Below, one piece after another: positions 36,316 through 47,964 of a stretch of 64,000 bases of DNA. The stretch is taken from NCBI RefSeq assembly GCF_020745735.1, contig NC_083409.1:11525052-11589051 (forward strand), given 5' to 3'. The DNA comes from Hemiscyllium ocellatum (lineage: Eukaryota). The position numbers and the translations under genes were made by a program. The stretch's first letter is position 1; each line of letters begins with the position of its first letter. The notes under the pieces are model-generated. The model was not told the origin of the DNA. It did no database searches and was given only the letters and a program-made list of their open reading frames with translations.

Positions 36316-38573
36316 TAAAAAATGAGGTCTGCAGATGCTGGAGATCACAGCTGCAAATGTGTTGCTGGTCAAAGCACAGCAGGTCAGGCAGCATCTCAGG
36401 AATAGAGAATTCGACGTTTCGAGCATAAGCCCTTCATCAGGAATAAGAGAGAGAGAGCCAAGCAGGCTAAGATAAAAGGTAGGGAGGAGGGACTGGGGGG
36501 AGGGGCGATGGAGGTGGGATAGGTGGAAGGAGGTCAAGGTGAGGGTGATAGGCCGGAGTGGGGTGGGGGCGGAGAGGTCAGGAAGAGGATTGCAGGTTAG
36601 GAGGGCGGTGCTGAGTTGAGGGAACCGACTGAGACAAGGTGGGGGGAGGGGAAATGAGGAAGCTGGAGAAATCTGAATTCATACCTTGTGGTTGGAGGGT
36701 TCCCAGGCGGAAGATGAGGCGCTCCTCCTCCAGCCGTCGTGTAGTTGTGTTCTGCCGGTGGAGGAGTCCAAGGACCTGCATGTCCTCGGTGGAGTGGGAG
36801 AGGGAGTTAAAGTGTTGAGCCACGGGGTGATTGGGTTGGTTGGTTCAGGCGGCCCGGAGGTGTTCTCTGAAGCGTTCCGCAAGTAAGCGGCCTGTCTCAC
36901 CAATATAGAGGAGGCCACATCGGGTGCAGCGGATGCAATAGATGATGTGTGTGGAGGTACAGGTGAACTTGTGGCGGATATGGAAGGATCCCTTGGGGCC
37001 TTGGAGGGAAGTGAGTGTGGAGGTGTGGGCGCAAGTTTTACATTTCCTGCGGTTGCAGGGGAAGGTGCCGGGGGTGGAGGTTGGGTTGGTGGGGGGTGTG
37101 GATCTGACAAGGGAGTCACGAAGGGAGTGGTCCTTGCGGAACGCTGATAGGGGAGGGGAGGGAAATATATCCTTGGTGGTGGGGTCCGTTTGGAGGTGGC
37201 GGAAATGGCGGCGGATGATACGTTGTATGCGCAGGTTGGTGGGGTGGTAGGTGAGAACCAGTGGGGTTCTGTCTTGGTGGCGGTTGGAGGAGTGGGGCTC
37301 AAGGGCGGAGGAGCGGGAAGTGGAGGAGATGTGGTGGAGGGCATCGTCGATCACGTCTGGGGGAATCTGCGGTCCTTGAAGAAGGAGGCCATCTGGGCTG
37401 TGCGGTGTTGGAATTGGTCCTCCTGGGAGCAGATGCGGCGGAGACGAAGGAATTGGGAATATGGGATGGCGTTTTTACAGGGGGCAGGGTGGGAGGAGGT
37501 GTAGTCCAGGTAGCTGTGGGAGTCAGTCGGTTTATAATAGATGTCTGTGTTGAGTCGGTCGCCCGAGATAGAAATGGAAAGATCTAGGAAGGGGAGGGAG
37601 GAGTCTGAGACAGTCCAGGTGAATTTCAGGTCGGGATGGAAGGTGTTAGTAAAGTTGATGAACTGTTCAACCTCCTCGTGGGAGCACGAGGCAGCGCCGA
37701 TACAGTCATCGATGTAGCGGAGGAAAAGGTGGGGGGTGGTGCCAGTGTAGTTGCGGAAGATGGACTGTTCCACATATCCTACGAAGATGCAGGCATAGCT
37801 GGGGCCCATGCGGGTGCCCATGGCAACTCCTTTAGTTTGGAGGAAGTGGGAGGATTGAAAGGAGAAGTTATTCAGGGTGAGGACCAGTTCAGTCAGTCGA
37901 AGGAGGGTGTCAGTGGAAGGGTACTGGTTGGTGCGGCGGGAAAGGAAGTAGCGGAGGGCTTTGAGTCCTTCGTGATGGGGGATGGAGGTGTACAGGGACT
38001 GGATGTCCATAGTGAAAATAAGGCGTTGGGGACCGGGGAAGCGAAAATCCTGGAGGAGGTGGACGGCGTGGGTGGTGTCCCGAACGTAGGTGGGGAGTTC
38101 TTGGACTAAAGGGGACAGGACCGTGTCGAGGTATTGGGAGATGAGTTCGGTGGGGCAGGAGCAGGCTGAGACAATGGGTCGGCCGGGGCAGGCAGGTTTG
38201 TGGATTTTGGGCAGGAGGTAGAAACGGGCGGTGCGGGGTTGTGGGACTATGAGGTTGGAGGCGGTGGATGGGAGATCCCCTGAGGTGATGAGGTCCTGGA
38301 TGGTCTGGAAGATGATGGTTTGGTGGTGGGAGGTGGGGTCGTGGTCAAGGGGGCGATAAGAGGAGGCGTCCGCGAGCTGGCGTTTGGCTTCAGCGGTGTC
38401 CAGGTCAGTGCGCCAAACTACCACCGCGCCTCCCTTGTCTGCGGGTTTGATGGTGAGGTTGGGATTGGAGCGGAGGGAGTGGAGGGCTGCACGTTCTGAG
38501 GGTGAGAGGTTGGAGTGGGTGAGAGGGGTGGACAGGTTGAGTCGGTTGATGTCACGGCGGCAGTTGGCGATAA
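36316..38573 (-). mobile_element. Young 5'-truncated Penelope-like element, about 2.26 kb, with 13-bp TSD
   Basis: RT motifs PADKGGAVVVW, LPKIHK...GRPIVS, DIQSLYTSIP, GVAMGTRMGPSYA, RYIDD; GIY-YIG IYCIRC..C.LLYIGETGR; TSD agatcctcatgag at 36303-36315 and 38574-38586. Confidence 0.95.
36409..36444 (-). ncRNA. Intact minimal type I hammerhead ribozyme motif
   Basis: ATTC-CTGATGA-A-GGGC ttat GCTC-GAAA-C-GTC-GAAT. Helix I is ATTC/GAAT, helix III is the palindromic ACGT, and the predicted cleavage is after GUC at 36413. Confidence 0.85.
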
Positions 38574-38642
38574 AGATCCTCATGAGCCCGAGTTTATTTA
38601 TACTGTTCAGTAATGTGGGGATGCCGATGGTGGACTGGGGTA

Positions 38643-38730
38643 CACCTGATGAAGGAGCAGCACTTCGGAAACTTGTGATTGCAAATGAACCTGTTGGGTT
38701 AGAACCTGGTGTTGTGTGACTTCTGATTTT
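38643..38730 (+). mobile_element. Second-family Penelope terminal repeat with a degenerate hammerhead
   Basis: CAC-CTGATGA-A-GGAG cagca CTTC-g-GAAA-CTT-GTG then aacctgttgg...aacctggtgttgtgtga; related decayed copies at about 12150-12240 (-) and 33360-33440. Confidence 0.65.
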
Positions 38731-41700
38731 GTATTGTTTGGACACAGTGAAACAACCTCCTTCTGGTAACTATAGAGTACGTGCACTGCACTGAGGATTA
38801 TGGGTAACGACTCCTTCCATTAGCCATGAGTAAACCCACAGTCATTCCAGTCGATTCCAGTAGAAATGACCTGTCAGCTGCTTCCCTGAAATTACATGGT
38901 TCAATACCGCCCTCTCCAGGACAATTCAGGAAGGGAAACAAATAACCGACACGTCAACGTCTACCCCATCCCTGGAGAAATCAAAATAAATGGCATACAG
39001 TTCAAATGATCAAACTGGTGAGGCTTGAATTCATCTCCTTGAAAGACTGGAGCCTTAGCCAGAAACTGAGCCATGACATGGGTGAACCTGGTTTGTCAGA
39101 TTGAAAGGTCGAGTGTCCTTCGGATGAGCACTGGAATCAGCAACAAATTGAATTATACTCAAAGATCTAACAAACGGTTCTCAAAGCGTGCCCGCCAAAC
39201 TGCAGAGAGCAGCACTTCAGGCTTCGCGTCCCCATCTCCATCCTTGCTTGTTGCCCTTCCTCACTGTCCTGCAGAGGGCAGTGGTGAGCCATGAGTTTCT
39301 CGAAGAGGATCTGAAGGAGGGACAAGATCATGTCCTCGGCCTGAGCACAACTGCCTGACCTGCTGTGCTTTTCCAGCACCACACTTTTCGACTCCGAGCA
39401 AACTATCCCTCAGGAGAATGAGCTGTGACACAAGAGGAAACGTGGGAGTGTTGGAAAGGCACCGGCAGCCTGGTCAGCCTGCAGAGGGGCAGAAACAGAT
39501 TTGATGAATGAGCTGATATGATCCCGAGCTGAGATGCAGACTCAGGCTTTCAGAGCTACACAGTTTACATTGTTACTGACCGTGGCTCCATGGACAATGC
39601 TCCTGGCCCATAGTCAAAATGGTCATCGGATTGAAAGCCACCTCAGAAATGAGAGAACAGATTCCAGGCTGAGACTGTGGTGCACTGCTACAAGTTGCAC
39701 AGTCTCTGGCACCATCATTTGAGACTCCATCACCACCACACCCCGACCATCCCCAACCCCACCTCAGGGGGCTCGACAAGATCCCATTCTGAGGAGATTC
39801 CCTCGGGGGGCCTGCTCAAAATTCAACTCGTGCCACCAACACACATTTGTTTTGTTATTCATTTACTGTCTGTGGGGCCTTACCATCTTGTCTATGAATG
39901 TGACTGCTCTATGCTCACAGCTTTGACTATTCTGCGATGATTTTAAAAACTGCATCAACAAGAGTTCTTTCCACATTTTTATGTAAAAGGGGAGCAGTGA
40001 GCAAGTGAAAATGCACACCGAAGGCAAACACTGAAGCTTCAGCCAAAGGTTTTTTTTGCGCCATGTTATCCTGCATCCTGGGCATTTCCTTCCAATGTCC
40101 GAGATGGTTAGCAGACTGTGAGGGAGGCTGACAGATCAGACGGAATCCTTCAGACAAGGTACACAAGGGCACAGTCCAGGCTTGCTGCAAACATTGGCCT
40201 TCCTTCTGTTGAAGGGCTGGGAGCTTCCCTATGGCAGTTTCTCAAACACATCCTCTGTGGAATTATCACAGACTCTACTGAAATGGAATCAACTCAGAGG
40301 GGAGAAGAAAATGGGAAGAAGGGTGAGCATCAAGATAGGTGGGCGTGTGTGGAAGATTCGGTGCCATTAAAATTCCCAACTGGGTATCACAAGGAAAACT
40401 CAAATCGTTATGAGGATATAACAGGGAGAATCCTCACTGATATAAACAGGCTGAGTGTCAGAGACCCCGAGCCTCCAGTGCCTGACTCTCTCTGAGGCAT
40501 TACAGTCAAGGACTGTTCATGTGTCAATGAAGGGAGACTTGGTGACATGGGGTTATATTATAATCAATGATCGGAGAGGTACAGATTAAGGATAAATGGC
40601 CGAAGTTTCAGAGGGAGCATAAGGAAACACATTTTCACCCAGAGGGTGGTGGCAGTCTGGGGACTCGCTGCCTGTAAGGGTAGTTGAGGCAGAAACCCTC
40701 CCATAACATTGAAATGTTTCAATGTGCAGCTGTGATGCCAAGGCATACAGGGCTACAGGCCAAGTGCTGGAACATGGAATTAGAATGGTGAGGTGGATGT
40801 TTGACTGGCTTTGGCTCATTGGGCCAAAGGGCCTTGTTCTTGTTGACCAGTTGTAGAAGTCTGACTCTCCCAGGACTCCAGCAATGTGGCTGACCCTTAC
40901 CTGCCATTTGAAAGGCCGAACAAGCCACTCAGTTTCAGGGCAGTTAGAGATGGAGAACAAATGCTAGTTTTGCCAGTGACCCCCACATCCCAGGAAAGAA
41001 TAGACGGCCTCAGTGGTAACACCGTCACCTGAACCTGCAGGTTTCAAGCCCCACTCCAGACACTGGAGCAATATCCTGAGGCTGGCAAAGACAAAGATGC
41101 CATCTGCTGGATGATCGGTTAAACCACTGCCCTCTCAGGTCGATGTGAATATAAGGGCTTTGTGACCGTCTCAGGGAAACTCTTCCCAGTGTGCTGGCCA
41201 ATGCTTCTCTTATAACCAATGGCATTAAAACAGATACAAAAACAAAAAAATACTGCAAATCTCAAATAGAAGCACAATGCTGGAGTAAGGGAACAGGTGC
41301 AGCCTCGGTGGGGAGAGGAGGAGTTAGCTTTTTGGGTGCAGTGATGTTTTATCAAAAAGGCAGCAAAATTATATTTTATTTAATTTTATTTGTTTTATAT
41401 TATTTTATTTAAATTTTGCTGAAAAAAAGTTTAGCCTGCTTGATTGGCACCACATCCAAAACATCCAGTCCCCCCACACCGACGTTCAGTAACAGCTGTG
41501 TGTTCGATTTACAAGATGCACTGCAGAGATTCACCAAAGATCCTGAGACAACAGCTTCCAAACCCATGACATTTAAATCAAGGACAAGGGCAGCAGATAC
41601 ATGGGAACTTCACTGCAGCAAGATCCCCTCCAAGACATTCACCAGTTTGATTTGGAAATATAACACTGTTTCTACATCATCACTGGGTCAGAATCCTGGA

Positions 41701-43611
41701 ATTCTCTTCCTAAAGGCATTTTGGGTCTACTTCCAGCACACGGACTGTAGGGGTTCAAGAACTCAGCTTAGCAGCACCTTGTCCGTGACAATTAAAGATG
41801 GACAGTAAAACGGCTGGTAAAAGTATGAGTTGGCATGCTTTGAACATAGAACATAGAACAGTACAGCACAGAACAGGCCCTTCAGCCCACAATGTTGTGC
41901 CGACCATTGATCGTCATGTGAGCTGAACCTAATGTACGAACTCTCAAATTTCTGTAACCATATGCATGTCCAGCAGTCTCTTAAATATCCCCAATGACCT
42001 CACTTCCACAACTGCTGCTGGCTACTCATTCCATGCTCTCACAACTCTCTGCGTAAAGAACCCGCCTCTGACATCCCCTCTGTATACTTTCCGCCAAACA
42101 GCTTAAAACTATGACTCCCCGTGTTAACAGTTTCTGCCCTGGGAAAAAGTCTCTGGCTATCAACTCTGTCAATGCCTCTCATTATCTTGTACATCTCAGT
42201 TAGGTCCCCTCTCTTCCTTCTTTTTTCCAATGATAAAAGTCCGAACTCAGTGAACCTCTCTTCATAAGATAAGCCCTCCATTCCAGGCAGCATCCTGGTA
42301 AACCTCCTCTGAACCCTCTCCAAAGCATCCACATCTTTCCGATAATAGGGCGACCAGAACTGGACACAATATTCCAAGTGCGGTCTAACCAAAGTTTTAT
42401 AGAGCTGCAACAAGATCTCATGGCTCTTAAACTCAATCCCCCTGTTAATGAAAGCCAAAACACCATATGCTTTCTTAACAACCTGTCCACTTGGGTGACA
42501 ATTTTAAGGGATCTATGTACCTGCACACCAATATCCCGCTGTTCCTCCACACTGCCAAGAATCTTTTCTTTAATCCTGTACTCAACTTTCAAGTTCGACC
42601 TTCCAAAATGCATCAATTCACATTTATCCAGGTTGAACTCCATCTGCCACCTCTCAGCCCATCTCTGCATCCTTTCAATGTCACGCTGCAGCCTACAACT
42701 GTCCTCTATACTGTCAACGACAACTCCAACCTTTGTGTCATCTGCAAACTTGCTAACCCATCCTTCAATCTCCTCATCCAAGTCATTAATAAAAATTACA
42801 AAGAGTAGAGGCCCAAGAACAGAGCCCCGTGGAACACCACTCACCACTGACTTCCATGCAGAATACTATCCTTCCACGACACACTCGCTGCCTTCTGTCG
42901 ACCAGCCAATTCTGTATCCAGACAGTTAAACGTCCCTGTATGACCTGATGAACGAGCCTACCATGGGGAATCTTATCAAATGCCTTGCTGAAGTCCATAT
43001 ACACCACATCTACCGCTCGACCCTCATCAACGTGTCCAGGAACATCCTCAAAGAATTCAATAAGATTCGTAAGGTATGACCAGCCCCTCACAAAGCCGTA
43101 CTGACTGCATTTAATCAAGCCATGCTCTTCCAGATGGTCATAAATCCTATCCCTCAGAATCCTTTCTAACACCTTGCAGACAACAGAACGTGAGACTGAT
43201 TGTTCTATAATTGCTGAGGATTTCCCTATTTCCTTTCTTGAAGAGAGGAATAACATTTGCATCCCTCCAGTTCCAGGTATGACTCCGGTGGAGAGCGAGG
43301 ATGCAAAGATCTTCGCAATCGGCGAAGCAATCACATTTCTTGCTTCCAAAGCAGCCGAGGACAAAGTCTGGTCTGGCCTTGGCGACTTGTCAATCTTAAT
43401 GCTTGCCAAAATTTTCAGCACATCAGCTTCCTCAATCTCTATCCGTTCCAGCATGCTTACCTGCTCCTCAATGGGTTCATTCACTACAAGGTCCTTTTCT
43501 TCAGTAAAGACAGAAGCAAAAAACTCATTTAGGGCTTTCCCTACCGCCTCAGACTCTATACACAAGTTCCCTATGCAATCCCTGATCGGCCCTATTCTTT
43601 CTTTGATCATT

Positions 43612-43935
43612 GGGCGGCACGGTGGCACAGTGGTTAGCACTGCTGCCTCACAGCGCCTGAAGACCCGGGTTCAATTCCCGACTCAGGCGACTGACTGTGT
43701 GGAGTTTGCACGTTCTCCCCGTGTCTGCGTGGGTTTCCTCCGGGTGCTCCGGTTTCCTCCCACAGTCCAAAGATGTGCGGGTCAGGTGAATTGGCCATGC
43801 TAAAAATTGCCCGTAGTGTTAGGTAAGGGGTAATGTAGGGGTATGGGTGGGTTTCGCTTCGGCGGGTCGGTGTGGACTTGTTGGGCCGAAGGGCCTGTTT
43901 CCACACTGTAAGTCTAATCTAATCTAAAAAAAAAA
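43612..43935 (+). mobile_element. Young HE1/V-SINE nested in CR1
   Basis: Full head to (TCTAA)n-A tail; near-identical to 60222-60537. Confidence 0.93.
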
Positions 43936-44589
43936 TTCTCTTATTCCTCACATATGTGTAAAATACCTTTGGATTCTCCCTAATATTTGCTGCCAAGCCT
44001 TTGTTGTGCCCCCTCCTGGCTCTCCTCAGACCATTGTTGAACTCCTTCCTCGCCTGCCTGTAATCCTCTAGAGCTGAGCGAGACCCTAGCTCCCTCTACC
44101 TTACGTAAGCTGCCTTCTTTCTTTTGACAAGAAGCTGCTCCGCTCTCGTCATTCAAGTATCCTTTATCTTAACCATTTTTGCCTCTCTCAGAGGAACACA
44201 TTTATGCATCACTCGCAACAACTGTTCCTTAAACCGTCTCCACATGTCTATAATGCCCTTTCCATGCAACAATTGCTCCCAGTCCATGCTTCCCAACTCA
44301 AGTCTCATAGCATCATAGTTTCCTTTTCCTCAATTAAGTATCCTCCCATTGTACCTGCTTCTCTCCTTCTCCATAGCTAGGTAGAATGCGAGGCGGTTGT
44401 GGTCACTATTACCAAAATGCTCTCCCACCGCAAGATCTGACACCTGCCCTGGCTCATTGCCAAGCACCAAATCCAAAATAGCCTCTCTCCTCGTCGGCCT
44501 GTCAATGTTCTGAGTTAGGAAACTCTCCTGAACACACCTTACTAAAACAGCTCCTTCCAAACCATCTGCTCGAAGGAGGTTCCAATCAA

Positions 44590-44889
44590 TAGGCAGCACG
44601 GTGGCACAGTGGTTAGCACTGCTACCTCACACACCTGAGACCCGGGTTCATTTCCCGCCTCAGTCGGCTGACTGTGTGGAGTTTGCACGTTCTCTTTGTG
44701 TCTGCGTGGGTTTCCTCCGGGTGCTCCGGTTTCCTCCCACAGTCCAAAGATGTGCAGGCCAGGTGAATTGGCCATGTTAAATTGCCCGTAGTGTTAGGTA
44801 AGGGGTAAATGTATGGGTGGGTTGCGCTTCGGTGGGTCGGTGTGGACTTGTTGGGCCGAAGGGCCTGTTTCCACACTGTAATGTAATCT
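44590..44889 (+). mobile_element. HE1/V-SINE nested in CR1
   Basis: Flanked by aatcaa (44584-44589 and 44890-44895). Confidence 0.9.
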
Positions 44890-47109
44890 AATCAACATTG
44901 GGAAAGTTAAAGTCACCCATTACAACAACCCGACTACATTCACACTTTTCCAAAATCTGCCGACCTATGTTTTCTTCAATCTCCCTGCTGCTATTGTGGG
45001 GCCTGTAGTAAACCCCTAATGAGGTGACTGCTCCCTTACTGTTCCTAATTTCCACCCATACTGACTCAGTAGGCAGACCATCCTCGACAATGGAAGCTTC
45101 TGTAGCTGTGATATCCTCTCTGATTAGCAGAGTTACATCCCCTCCTCTTCCCCCCCGCCCTATTCTTTTTAACTGTTCTAAACCCTGGAACATTCAGCAA
45201 CCATTCCTGCCCCTGAGAAACCCACGTCTCTGTTATGGCCACGACATCATAGCAGCAGGTACTGATCCATGCTTTAAGCTCATCACTTTTATTCCTGATA
45301 CACCTTGCATTAAAGCAAACACACTTGGTTCTTTCCTACAGGCTGCGCTACCTCTTGCTATTGCCTCATCTCCATCAACTCTCACCACCGGTATACAGCT
45401 CAGGTTCCCACCCTCCCTGCCGTACTAGTTTAAACCCTCCTGAACTACTTGAGCAAGGCTTCCACCCAGGACATTCCTCCCCTTCTAGTTCGGATGCAAC
45501 CCCTCGTTCTTGTACAGGTCCCACCTTCCCCAGAACGCATCCCACTTATCTACATATCTGAAGCCCTCCCTCCTACACCAGCTGCACAACCACATGTTAA
45601 GCTGTGCCCACTCCCTGTTCCTCGCCTCACTATCTCGTGTCACCGGTAGTAAACTGCTGGTAACTCCTCTCAATTACCACCTCAGCCTCCTGAATGATCC
45701 ATAGTTCGTCCAGCTCCAGCTCCAATTCCCTAACACGGTTTTCAAGGAGCCGGAGTTGGGTGCACTTCCCGCAGAAGTCAATGATAAACTGGTTCCACTT
45801 TTTGCTGTCATATTCTGTAGCCCCTGGACCACCTCAGCGGGGATCATCCAGAGCTCAGGGTGGATTCCAGAGCAGTTCATTGTCCTGACTGTTGTGTTCC
45901 TCAGTCCACATGTGGCTCCACCAATCTCACTCCATGGCTCTAGTATCAATGGGAACCCATGGGGTTGAAATCTTATCCAGACAGACTCTCACACAGTGGG
46001 GAGGCTACTCAGAAACCCCTTGGATTCAGTCCCAGATTCTATTGTGGCTCTTTCATTCAGACACAGCATTAACACACTGACACCACATTCAGAGGGCAAT
46101 CCTGAGATGGGGCAAGTTTGGTTCTTGATTCTAATGTGAGGAAATGGGGGCTGGGTGTGAACTGTCCTACCTCAAACTGTGGCTGGGGGGAGGGGGGGAT
46201 ACTTTATAATGAAGAATAGTCACTGATGTCAGAATAAAGTCAGGTGTTGATGGGAGTGAGGAATATCTCAGTGATCTGTCTCCAGAATCCACAGACTACA
46301 CACATCCTTCTGTCAGACCCTGAAGTCTTAGCGAGCAGCTCATCGACATCCAATATTTCTCCACCCTTCCCAGAAAAGGTGAAATATTCTCTGTCTGAGT
46401 GATTCCTTGGGCAGGGCATTTTAAAAAGGGCTGTGGGAAGAGAACTGTTGCCTCTCAATGACAAAGCCAATGGAAGGATGTGGAGCTGGCACTGTGAAAC
46501 GTTAGGGCGCAGAGGATGACACCAGAAGCAATTCAATGTTGTCACTCTCTGCTTCCCAGACTCCCCCAGACTGAACATTCTCAATCTGACTCCAGGGACA
46601 CGGCGCAATTCCATCTCATTGGAAGAGGAAAGAAAACTCAGGTTTAATTTATAGAATATTTATTTCCCGAACCCTGTGGAATTGTGATTCTGAGTAACAA
46701 GATCCTGCCGGTCATATTCATCAATACAGGGTTCCCAGTGGCTCTGGCTCCTAAACAGTTGATTTGAATTTCTTGGCTTGTGATCTTGCTGTGCCTAAGG
46801 GATGGGTGAGGGTTGATGGAGAATTTCCATCAGATTATTGTGTTCCCCGTTGTCCCCTCCTGCCTTCCTTCTTTTCCCCATCTATTGGGAAAGATTTCCT
46901 TGAGGCCCTGCATTCCTGCTGAAAGTGCCCCTTCTGGACACAATGGTATCATTGCCCTCCTGCTCCGGGGACCCCATTGCCCCCTCGATTCTCCCGCTCT
47001 TTCTCCAGGCCGTGAGGGTGGAGGTTAACACTTCACACACCCTTTCCCTGAGGCTTCAGCTCGTGCCATTCCCAAAGCACACAGAGACAGAGACTGAATC
47101 TTCTTCATC

Positions 47110-47115
47110 TTTATT
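47110..47115 (-). terminator. Poly(A) signal of C3 (AATAAA on the minus strand)
   Basis: TTTATT on the plus strand, aligned with the C2 signal. Confidence 0.65.
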
Positions 47116-47641
47116 CCCTTTTCCAGATTGACATTGACAGAAAACAGACTGCAATTAACAGCCCAGACAGAGGAAGCTGCACAAATTCACAGCCACAATG
47201 GAGTTTGAGGAAAACACTTGTGGAGATTTTCTCAACAACATGAGAATCCTGTCCCTTTAAACAGTGACAAAACCTGAACTTGGAACTGGTGGCTGAGCAG
47301 GAAGGAGATCTGGTTTACTGAAACAGAGACTTCTGAGGTTCACATTGTTTTGTACAGCTGACAGTCTTCAGCATTTTCGAGAGGTTTGAGTTGGCATCAC
47401 AGGACATCACTGCCCCAGTCAAACACTCCCAGAACAGGGACAGCATGGGGTTTGATACAGAGTAAAGCTTCTTTTTGATGATCGCAATGACCTGCCATAA
47501 CCCTTGAACCTCAGAAGTGTCTCTGAGCCAGTCCTGAGAAGGAAGAGAATTGAAATTCAGTGCTGACAATGACTTTTGACCTACCAGCTCAGTCCAGTTC
47601 TATTGAAAGTTGTGTCTCCTCTGTGGACTGTCTTGAACACT

Positions 47642-47964
47642 CTATACACATTCTGATCTCCTGATGCTCTTGCTGAGGGGAGAGGGGAGAGTCACATGGG
47701 TGAGGGCACAAGAGAAGTGAGCGTCGGACTCCCAGTCAGACCCAGAGAGGGTCAGCAGGCTGCTGACACTGTAGGTGCTGTCCGAAGCTCGCAGGTAGTT
47801 GCTGGTCTGAACCCCGTCCGAAATGACTGCACCGTCCTTCTTCCACTCCAGCTCATCGGGATAGAAGTGATTGGCAAGGCACACCAGGGTGGCAGTGCCC
47901 TTGGCATTGACCTGCTCCGGGGAGGGGGGCAGCAGGGTCAGCTTGGGCTGAGAGTTCTCACGGC
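47642..47964 (-). CDS. IGKC: Inverted orphan Ig kappa constant exon C3, open frame with a 2-codon deletion
   Basis: Acceptor tttcag|GC, then RENSQPKLTLLPPSPEQVNAKGTATLVCLANHFYPDELE(VQ missing)WKK...FSCALTH...SECV*. Both Cys and the Trp are retained; 323 nt. Confidence 0.93.

Larger units (their letters stand above)
41843..45780 (-). mobile_element. Long CR1 LINE (ORF1 esterase part, endonuclease, RT, 3' tail)
   Basis: ORFs 45485-45673 (WDLYK..GLHPN), 44888-45193 (VMGDFNFPNVD), 42786-43640, 42200-42847 (GVP.GSVLGPLLF.IFINDL, KFADD); (TTCTATG)n tail. Confidence 0.93.

Noticed and set aside
40118-40495. 125-aa ORF, and similar ORFs at 46240-46614 and 59018-59380, as genes
   Set aside because: No recognisable homology or convincing paired splice sites; the lengths are compatible with chance.
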